Assembly (NCBI GenBank): GCA_047285535.1
Contig: JBJBDC010000001.1
Span: 1,600,136-1,664,135 of the forward strand
Direction: 5' to 3'
From: Synechococcus sp.
Lineage (GTDB): Bacteria > Cyanobacteriota > Cyanobacteriia > PCC-6307 > Cyanobiaceae
Length of the DNA stretch: 64,000 nucleotides
The notes under the pieces are model-generated. The model worked only from the letters and a program-made list of their open reading frames with translations. It did no database searches and was not told the origin of the DNA. Of the stretch, positions 56,142 through 64,000 are shown piece by piece (the first letter of the stretch is position 1; each line of letters begins with the position of its first letter). The position numbers were made by a program, and so were the translations under genes.

Positions 56142-57551
56142 ATGCTAAACCATCTTAAAGCAAGTTTATTCATAGTAATCGTAGGATTGTTAACTTCATG
56201 CTCAAGAAGTCATTCCATTTATTCCCCAAGCTTTGGGCCACTCACAGATGAAATCATTAGCAATATAAAACCTTCAAACCCGATGATCATTGTACCGGGA
56301 ATTGGTGGCACTCGGCTTGTCGATGCAGGCAACGGAGAAACAGCATGGGGATCCTACGGTTACAACACATTTTGGCCGTCTACAGAGAAAGACAATAAGC
56401 TTCTTTCCCTGCCTTTAAGCACTATAGAACAATCTTTAAACATTAACTACAATAAGGTTATTCCTAAGTCAGTTATTGACTCTGTGAAGATTGATTTGAT
56501 CCCTTTTTCATCTATCGAACTCTCTGTTTATGCGACAATTGTAAAATCCTTGAAAGACGCAGGATACTTTTCTGAAAAGATCGAATCTTTAAGCAATAGA
56601 AACGCACTGACACAAGAAACACCCATGTTTCAGTTTGCATACGATTGGCGCCAGTCCAATGCTCAAAGCGCAAAGGCACTTGAAAAATTTATAGAGAAAA
56701 AGTCAGAACAATTAGATCGTCAGAAACTTTCTAGCAAAAATCAAAAATTTGATATTGTTTGCCACTCGATGGGATGCCTGGTCGCCAGGTACTATCTGCG
56801 TTACGGAAGTCAGGGTCTAGGAACTGACGCCAACCCCCCTCAATTGGATTGGCGTGGCAGTCATAAGGTCGAGAATATCATCATGATCGCACCGCCAAAC
56901 AAGGGCTCAATAGAAGCATTTAGTAATATGATAAATGGCTTTCGTTTAAATCATATCCAGTTTCTAAAATATCCTGCAGCGGTTCTCGGTACTATGCCAT
57001 CTATGTATGAGCTTTTACCAAGAGAAGATATTTCCCAGGCAACTAATCATGAGGGCAAAGCGATTGATCTCCTAGACCCAAAGTTATGGCAATCCATGAA
57101 CTGGGGATTGCTCGATCCAGGTCAAGAAAAAATCTTGAATCAAATAGCACCTCAAAACATAACTTCAAATGAAAAATATCTACAAGCGAAGGAACTCCAA
57201 GCGAAATTGCTAGGTCAAGCACGGTTATTTCATTCACGTTTAGACCAAGAAGTTTCACCTCCCAAAGGTCTCCACTTTTGGCTATTTGCTGGTTCTGGAA
57301 AACCTACAGAGTCTAATTTAACTATTCATACAAAAGATAAAACATGGACAACTCAGCGAGTAAAAGCTGGTGATGGTGCAGTCTTGAGGCCGAGCGCATA
57401 TGCCATAAAAAACGCAAAGGTGCCAAAAGATGGTTCAATCATTCCGTGGGATAATGCAATTTTCTTTTTTTCGAGTCATATGGATTTAGTCAAGAACAAT
57501 GATTTCTTTGTGAATCTATATGATATTCTTCTTTGGAGAAGTGCTCTTTAG
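56142..57551 (+). CDS. Lipoprotein alpha/beta hydrolase (LCAT/phospholipase-like)
   Basis: LLTSC lipobox, IIVPGIGGT, FAYDWRQ, CHSMG, APPNKGS, GDGAV, terminal H. Confidence 0.88.
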   Translation: MLNHLKASLFIVIVGLLTSCSRSHSIYSPSFGPLTDEIISNIKPSNPMIIVPGIGGTRLVDAGNGETAWGSYGYNTFWPSTEKDNKLLSLPLSTIEQSLNINYNKVIPKSVIDSVKIDLIPFSSIELSVYATIVKSLKDAGYFSEKIESLSNRNALTQETPMFQFAYDWRQSNAQSAKALEKFIEKKSEQLDRQKLSSKNQKFDIVCHSMGCLVARYYLRYGSQGLGTDANPPQLDWRGSHKVENIIMIAPPNKGSIEAFSNMINGFRLNHIQFLKYPAAVLGTMPSMYELLPREDISQATNHEGKAIDLLDPKLWQSMNWGLLDPGQEKILNQIAPQNITSNEKYLQAKELQAKLLGQARLFHSRLDQEVSPPKGLHFWLFAGSGKPTESNLTIHTKDKTWTTQRVKAGDGAVLRPSAYAIKNAKVPKDGSIIPWDNAIFFFSSHMDLVKNNDFFVNLYDILLWRSAL

Positions 57552-58229
57552 CATGTCTTCTCGCGCATTGATCGCAATCACTCCAATCGGGTGAGTGTCC
57601 ATATCTTCGATTCACCCAATGGCTTGATGTGATTCAAATTCATCGATAGAAAAAGGGGCTTATGCGCATCACTACCAGCCCAAACAAGGTCGAAACACAA
57701 AGACCAAAAGTTCAATGCGATGCATTTACAATGCCTTAAATCAGCTTTCAATCCCTACACAATTGAGTGTAGCTAATAAAAGGTAGAAAAAAGCAGCTCG
57801 CTAAAAGTAGGAATCAATCAGGGACATTAAGGCGCGACATGATTGAGATTTTCTGAAGAGGGGGAATGCCAGAAGCAGTTGCCTCCTACTACTGACCCTC
57901 GACACTCAGATAACGCTGGCTTGGCTTCTGGGAATGCTGATGGCATTGAGAGCAAACGATGCTGATGCATCCAGGAGTTGGCTTGCCCTTGACATTGAAG
58001 AGCTTGGGAGGGAAGTGAATGCTGAGGTCGAGTCTGAGTGGATGGTGCCTTGATTGGTTGAAAAGGAAAGAGACAGGTTGATGGCTTGGCAGCGAGGGGT
58101 GAGCCTCTCGCTCTTATGGGGAATCAGACAGCAGTGATCACTAACCGTTTGAGGGATACGGAGTCATTCCGATTCAGAGATGGTGAATGCACGGGGGCAA
58201 CGAGACCTCAACAATCAACCACCAAGCCA

Positions 58230-58439
58230 ATGAAGACTTCCACCACCACTGATAACAGCAAATCCTTCGCTGTTCATGCTGTTACTGCAATCGCTATTGC
58301 CATGGCACCACTGGCCATCGCATCCAACATCGCGGCAATGAATGCAACACCTGCTGCTAACGCAGCAACCTGCTACTCAACCTGTTATGGCGAGCAATTC
58401 AAAACAAGTCGCTATGAATTCAAATCATCCACGATCTGA
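58230..58439 (+). CDS. Small secreted protein (…AANA|ATCYSTCYG…), possibly truncated
   Basis: Signal-like N-terminus, CxxxC; preceded by a leader similar to the CCRG-2 upstream region. Confidence 0.5.
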   Translation: MKTSTTTDNSKSFAVHAVTAIAIAMAPLAIASNIAAMNATPAANAATCYSTCYGEQFKTSRYEFKSSTI

Positions 58440-58479
58440 TTGCGGCTTGAAATTTTCAAACCAAAAAACGATCCATCTA

Positions 58480-58938
58480 ATGAAACAATTCACAGCACTT
58501 GCTACAGCTTCAATATTGATTTCTGCCATGCCTTCTATTGCTGACGATGAATATGAATTCTTCACTACGCCATCTAAAAACATTTGGTGTGTTAAAAGGC
58601 ATGATCGTTCGTCCAATAACCCCCTATCTGTCGAATGCGATGTTGCCAAGCATGCTTGGAAGAAATGGATACAAGGAGATCAGGATGGTTCTCATGGGAA
58701 TAGGTTTGTTATCCCAGGCAATGGCCCTGCAGAAGCAATCAACAGTTCAGATACATTGGTAGGTAGTTCCGGTCCTGTTTTACAGTATGGGAGCAAGGTT
58801 ACCTTTGGACTTCGTCCTGAAGACGGAACTATTACCTGCATCTCCGAAAAGATCGGGCTTACATGCACAAACAAAAGCGGTGGCTTAATGCATTTAAATC
58901 GTGAGTTCTATATCCTTAACAAGCCAGTTCCTAAATAG
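58480..58938 (+). CDS. Secreted DUF6636-like protein, paralog of 33252..33713
   Basis: FTTPSKNIWC, LQYG, TCISEKIGLTCTNKSGG..HLNREFY. Confidence 0.7.
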   Translation: MKQFTALATASILISAMPSIADDEYEFFTTPSKNIWCVKRHDRSSNNPLSVECDVAKHAWKKWIQGDQDGSHGNRFVIPGNGPAEAINSSDTLVGSSGPVLQYGSKVTFGLRPEDGTITCISEKIGLTCTNKSGGLMHLNREFYILNKPVPK

Positions 58939-59123
58939 ATATTTTGTCTTCTTTAGACATCATTAGCAGCCATAGCCTGGGAAATCAGTCCAAAACAGTC
59001 GGCAAGAAACGATGCCCGCCCAAGTGGTGATCAAATCTTTTGGGTGTGAGCAAGATCATCGCTGCTCATGACCGAGGTCATCGCGTGATCCAATCAATCA
59101 AGCGATCGTGAATTCAGTGAATC

Positions 59124-59795
59124 ATGAAGTCAATCATGAAAAGATTTTTCACACCAATTCTTGCACTCACTCTATTAACACCTCTTATCCTTGCGGAAAA
59201 TTCTCGAGCGATAGCAGGGCAAAAATGCAGAGGTTGCTCTGGCAAGATTAGAATCAGAAACATAAATGAGGGAATTCATCCATTACGCGGATCAAGCATT
59301 CATCCTGTACTCGGATCGACAATCCACAAACCTGCTTCCTGGTTCACCATTGCTGAAGCCTCTGGGCGCGCTTGTGCGAGCAACGCCACAAGATGCAGAA
59401 AAAGAGCTCGTGATGCAATGATACGAATGTATAAAAATATATGGGAAAAAAGATGGACTCACTCCACGCACGGTGCCAGCAGTTTATGGCCACCAAATAA
59501 ACCAGGACGGCCCGTTGCTGGGTTGCGCTGGTCAGGAATCTATCCTCATATTAAGCCTGATTCACTCAAAGACAGAATTGAAGCCACAGCTTGTTGCGAC
59601 ACGAGAGTTCCAAGCAATGGCCTCTATAAGTTCGACCTTGAATTTTCTGTCAATGGGGACAGAGGATGTGATGGTAGAGAACCCTGGAAAGGTTATTTTC
59701 AATTTTTTCCCGGCTACCTAACCAACACAGTATCTGCTGCAACGGCTTACACAGTTGACTGCAGAGAGGTGCGAAGAAGAGGATTGTGCGGTTAA
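59124..59795 (+). CDS. Secreted Cys-rich basic hypothetical protein
   Basis: Signal peptide, multiple Cys including CC, Arg-rich. Confidence 0.7.
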   Translation: MKSIMKRFFTPILALTLLTPLILAENSRAIAGQKCRGCSGKIRIRNINEGIHPLRGSSIHPVLGSTIHKPASWFTIAEASGRACASNATRCRKRARDAMIRMYKNIWEKRWTHSTHGASSLWPPNKPGRPVAGLRWSGIYPHIKPDSLKDRIEATACCDTRVPSNGLYKFDLEFSVNGDRGCDGREPWKGYFQFFPGYLTNTVSAATAYTVDCREVRRRGLCG

Positions 59796-60910
59796 TTGTC
59801 TTGCGGGTGAGCCCACATCAACAGATAAAGCAACTCGTTAGAACGTTGTAATGCCAAGGCATCTTGGCAAGCCAATTGTCATTGGGGAATGAACGCCCGA
59901 TAAGGAAAGGTCTGTAGCTTGCAACGCCAATCCCACCGCGCATGCTCCTCACCACAACTTTATTGATCCGTTGCCGTCATGCTGCTTCTCTTGTTTTTCA
60001 AAGTCGGGTGGAGTCGATAACAGCTTCCCGCTTAAAGCATCAGCGACCGATCCAGCATCGGAATATCCGTCGAGTCATGAAACCAGCTCAGGAGCACGTT
60101 CCTTTAGTTCAACAGCAGTGAAGATATTCGACTTTTCAAAAGTGGTTCAATCGGTTGGTCAAACGCCGCCGCCATGCGCCTGCCAACGCCTTAGAACTTG
60201 GAGATTATTGCCGAGATAGTGAGACATCCTTCACCAACAAAAGGAATCACTTTATTCTCGTGAAGACCGAAAAGTCGTTTTTCTGGCTCGCTACAACAGG
60301 GGCTATAGGATTGAGTCCTGAGTTATGCAATTCCCTGGGCCTGGAAAGGATCCCTAACCACCCGTTGTTGATGCCTTAGGTGCCCTTACAGGCGGTGAGC
60401 GAGTCAACGCCACCGAAGAGGATTTCGTTCCAATCGAATCAGCCTGATGCAATAAAAACCCCGCTCGTGGAGGGGGTAATGTTGTTCGTTGCTTGTCTTT
60501 AACATCAGACGATATCACCACCTGGACTGGTACTAAACCCTACATAGAGCATGAAGTATCAAGAAGTTTTAGTTATAGACCCATGTCGGCTTAGCTCAAG
60601 TATTAAAGCGAAAGCCAAGATCAATAGTGCATATTGTTTCCATTCCTCTAACTCAGTTATTTTACCCTCTAATTGTGTAAACAGTAAAAACAATAGATAA
60701 GCGACAGTAATCAAGAGAAGAAGGCTCGTCATTGACTTGAGTATGCGAAGAGCAGAGCCGAGGGTGTTCAGCTAATGCACTCAAGATCTCCTGAATCCAT
60801 GAATTAGTTGATGAAGCGTGTCACAGTCGTTAGTGATATTGGTCACAGGTGATGCCAGACAATAGTAAACCCCGCTCATGGCGGGGCTCATTAATCCTAA
60901 AAACCACTCA

Positions 60911-61108
60911 TCAGTACATATCTCCAGGAATGAGGAGATACATTTCACCAGGGATATATTTCATCTTCTGAACAAGTTCACCCGAGTTCGCAAGTTCTTT
61001 AAGGTTGTAAGAACCTTTTGCATTACGAAGTTTTTGGTTCCAGTGGGTTTCTGTGCCCGCACCGCTAACAGATTGCAGTTGATCGAGTGTGAGTTCGTTG
61101 TTGGTCAT
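60911..61108 (-). CDS. CCRG-2 family RiPP-like precursor, copy 2
   Basis: Leader MTNNELTLDQLQSVSGA followed by an unrelated core. Confidence 0.85.
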   Translation of the reverse strand: MTNNELTLDQLQSVSGAGTETHWNQKLRNAKGSYNLKELANSGELVQKMKYIPGEMYLLIPGDMY

Positions 61109-61200
61109 TGTTTTGAATGAGGTTGTGGAGGTGTGTTCCTCCGATGCACACACCATCTCTCGAATGAATCGGAGAGGTGATGGCTTGCATCAAACAGGGA

Positions 61201-61216
61201 TGTGATCTTGCTCACA
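61201..61216. promoter_or_regulatory. CRP-family consensus box
   Basis: TGTGA-TCTTGC-TCACA, about 92 nt upstream of the CCRG-2 start. Confidence 0.6.
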
Positions 61217-61330
61217 GGGTTCCAGAAAGCCTGGTGAAGTGGGCCGTTTCAGCGTTGCTGTTCTCAGCTGACCAATCCCTCAAAGGCCTAGAGGCTCACG
61301 CCCAGCTGCCAAGCCATCAGCCTGTCTCTC

Positions 61331-61729
61331 TCAAAGATGTCTGTGGGCGAGATCACAGGCTGAAGCTAGTGCCGTCGCCAGGCTGATGTAGAAAAAAGAC
61401 GCTCTCTTGTCCCATGAACCCATTTGTTGTGAAAGCTTGCTCACCGATACTTTTGCGAGCTGTCGTCCTGTGCGAGTCGCTCTTGGAGCCTTTTGTTTTT
61501 TGTGTTGGTGAGGCTTGAAGACATGATCTGAACCGGAGTGCCCTGCAACGGTTTTTACCAATGCCCATGGTCGTCCTTTGATGTTGACGACTTCTCCAAT
61601 CTTTAGGGCTGGGTTAGGCCCGCAGCTGTCAGCTGAATGGCAAAGGATGACTTCATCGTTGAATCTGCAGTCGCCATCTTTTGTCCTGCCGCAACTTGGA
61701 CAGGAGGTCTTTCCTCCTGAGGAAAGCAT
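61331..61729 (-). pseudogene. Zn-ribbon N-terminal fragment of a mobile-element primase-like protein
   Basis: SSGGKTSCPSCGRTKDGDCR..EVILCH; no catalytic domain follows. Confidence 0.55.
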
Positions 61730-62161
61730 TGTTCATGCATCCCACCTCATCGTTTCGATGGATGCAGAATCTACACGAGTAAAGCTGCTAAATGCTTCAT
61801 TCACAACACCAAGATATAATTGTGAAGCGGTAGGTCTGACCAGCACAGGAAAGACAATCTTGCGTTGCTGCTAATATTTTTGCCTGGAAATCTGGTGCCT
61901 AACGGCTGAAAGCTATACAAGACTTGCAAGGGGGGAAAAGAGAGCGTTGACCATGAAGCTATCTATCTCCCGACAAACTACTTACCAGCCCTGCCTTGAA
62001 TGGGGTATTTATTGCAACGAGGGAAAGCTTTAAGCAGTTGCACCCAAGCGATGCATCTTCAAACGTTGACCACGGAAAAGTTTGACTTTATGCGGCTTCT
62101 TCACTGTTGCTTTTAAGCAGGCTTTATTGCTAGAACAAATAGTGTGGCTTGTTTTGTAGCA

Positions 62162-64000
62162 ATGTCAAAACAACTTTTATTTAACAATGAGTTTTCTGAC
62201 GGCCTCTCTTGGTGGATCAATGAGAGTAGTCATTCAGCCACAGCAGAGATCGAGTTGAACAATGGTAATCAAAAAGTCAGATTGCAGCCAACAGTAGACG
62301 GAACAGCAAGGATCACTCAGCAGGTTGCAGTTGAAGGAAACACCCAATATCAATTGAGCGGAAATATATTTTCAGAGGGAGACTCATATGGATATATTGG
62401 CGTACAAGGATTTGATGGAGAATGGTCTGTAGAAACATCAGGAGACAATGTTTCAGGGGAATACAGGATCGTATTTACGACGTCAGCTGAGACTGAGTTT
62501 ATCAACGTTTTTGCAGAGGCCTATAAGCAGCAAATTGATCCCATAGCAATCGATGATCTCCAGCTGGTCTCAATGAAGGATGATCTTCATTCTGATGCTT
62601 CTAAGGACTCCATTTCCAATAGTCATGAAAACCATACAGGCGACCAGGAACCTGATCATCTTTTAACTAAAACCACAGAAAACAAAGTTTCAAATTCCGA
62701 CTTTTCTGCGAACTTATCTGGTTGGATTAATGAGAGTAGTCATACAGCCACAGCAGAGGTCGAATTGGTCAATGGTAATCACAAAGTCCGATTGCAGCCA
62801 ACAGTAGACGGAACAGCAAGGATCACTCAGCAGGTTGCAGTTGAAGGAAACACCCAATATCAATTAAGTGGAACTATATATTCGGAGGGAGACTCATATG
62901 GATATATTGGCGTAGAAGGATTTGACGGCAAATGGTCTGTAAAAACATCTGGGGATAATGTTTCAGGGGAATACACCATCATATTTACGACGTCTGCAGA
63001 GACTGAGTTTGTCTCCATTTTTGTAGAGGCCTATAAGCAGCAAACAGATCCCATAGCAATCGATGATCTACAGCTGGTCTCGATGAAGGATGATCTTCTT
63101 TCTGAGGTTCCACAGGACACCATTGACTCTAGCCAAGAAAACCATACTGGCGATCAACTGCCTAATCATCTTTTACGTGATAGCACAGAAAATAAAATTT
63201 TTAATGCTGACTTTTCTTCAAATTTATCTGGTTGGATTGATGAGAGTAGTCATACAGCCACAGCAGAGATCGAATTGGTCAATGGGAATCAAAAAGTCAG
63301 ATTGCAGCCAACAGTAGACGGAACAGCAAGGATCACTCAGCAGGTTGCAGTTGAAGGAAACACCCAATATCAATTGAGCGGGACTCTTTTTTCGGAGGGA
63401 GATTCGTATGGATATATTGGCGTAAAAGGATTTGATGGACAATGGTCTGAAGAGACATCAGGTGATAATGTTTCTGGGGAATACAACATCATATTTACGA
63501 CCTCTGCTGAGACTGAGTTTATCAACGTTTTTGCAGAGGCCTATAAGCAGCAAACTGATGCCATAGTAATTGATAATTTCCTATTAACCCCTATAACAAG
63601 CAGTCAGCCTATAGAACTTTCGGATAATGAAGAGGTTGATACCCCTGCCAACACTATACCCATTGAAAATGAAGCCATCAATGAATCAATAGGTATTGAT
63701 GAGCCACCAAGTGGAAATTTGGTCAAACAAGGGGATTTTGAAGGAAATTTTGAGGAGGACTGGACTCTGAGTGGTGGCGTTGATGTTGTTAGCGTTGATG
63801 GTAATAATGCTTTGGAATTAACGGCATCTGCGGATCAACCCGCAAGGATTACACAATATATTGAGGGACTAAAGCCAGAAACACTTTACACATTCTCGAC
63901 CCGTGTTCGCACCAACAATTCCTGGGCTTCTTTTGGAGTTGATCAAGGAGCCCAACATGCCAAGACCAATTCAGTCACAGGTAATCAGTGGCAAGAAAAA
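62162..64000 (+). CDS. Large acidic protein with tandem CBM4/9-like domains (partial, runs off the window)
   Basis: ATG at 62162, frame open to 64000; three 510-bp repeats (N.DFS..LSGW...ARITQQV.V..NTQY.LS...FTT...IDD..L) plus a fourth domain NLVKQGDFE..W..LKPETLYTFS. Confidence 0.85.
   Translation, partial: MSKQLLFNNEFSDGLSWWINESSHSATAEIELNNGNQKVRLQPTVDGTARITQQVAVEGNTQYQLSGNIFSEGDSYGYIGVQGFDGEWSVETSGDNVSGEYRIVFTTSAETEFINVFAEAYKQQIDPIAIDDLQLVSMKDDLHSDASKDSISNSHENHTGDQEPDHLLTKTTENKVSNSDFSANLSGWINESSHTATAEVELVNGNHKVRLQPTVDGTARITQQVAVEGNTQYQLSGTIYSEGDSYGYIGVEGFDGKWSVKTSGDNVSGEYTIIFTTSAETEFVSIFVEAYKQQTDPIAIDDLQLVSMKDDLLSEVPQDTIDSSQENHTGDQLPNHLLRDSTENKIFNADFSSNLSGWIDESSHTATAEIELVNGNQKVRLQPTVDGTARITQQVAVEGNTQYQLSGTLFSEGDSYGYIGVKGFDGQWSEETSGDNVSGEYNIIFTTSAETEFINVFAEAYKQQTDAIVIDNFLLTPITSSQPIELSDNEEVDTPANTIPIENEAINESIGIDEPPSGNLVKQGDFEGNFEEDWTLSGGVDVVSVDGNNALELTASADQPARITQYIEGLKPETLYTFSTRVRTNNSWASFGVDQGAQHAKTNSVTGNQWQEK

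Noticed and set aside
59960..60180. Possible paralog of 55052..55507 (PLLKSRIS vs PLLKSRLS)
   Set aside because: The match is short, split across frames with stops, and may be chance.
62162..63600. 510-bp repeats as a CRISPR or non-coding array; ORF-track calls 63090..63317 and 63224..63442
   Set aside because: The repeats are in-frame coding domains of one long ORF; the short ORFs are shadow frames.

Overview
This is a marine picocyanobacterial (Synechococcus-like) window. Bases 1-4.5 kb are ordinary core genes: hemB, a DnaJ/CbpA-like chaperone, a thioredoxin-fold protein and a SulP transporter. From about 4.6 kb to the end it is a gene-sparse, more AT-rich genomic island of small hypothetical genes, pseudogenes and dispersed repeats. 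Island cargo includes stress and nutrient genes (ferritin, peroxiredoxin, CP12-like protein, MscL, nitrilase, HupE/UreJ behind a cobalamin riboswitch). Non-coding elements read directly from the sequence are two copies of a glutamine-II (Downstream-peptide) riboswitch with its peptide, a Yfr2/Cyano-1 sRNA, tandem tRNA-Ser 3'-end scars, and a conserved leader with a CRP-like box shared by two CCRG-2 RiPP precursors and two other secreted-protein genes. The best candidate for an undescribed system is at 50.7-54.8 kb: an inverse-autotransporter-like beta-barrel with a short Cys-rich tail, next to PqqD/RRE, a GNAT-like protein, a sulfotransferase and an HprK-like kinase, with no lasso cyclase or protease in the window. 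The window ends inside a large tandem-CBM protein that the ORF track missed. All family calls come from motif recognition by eye; no searches were run.
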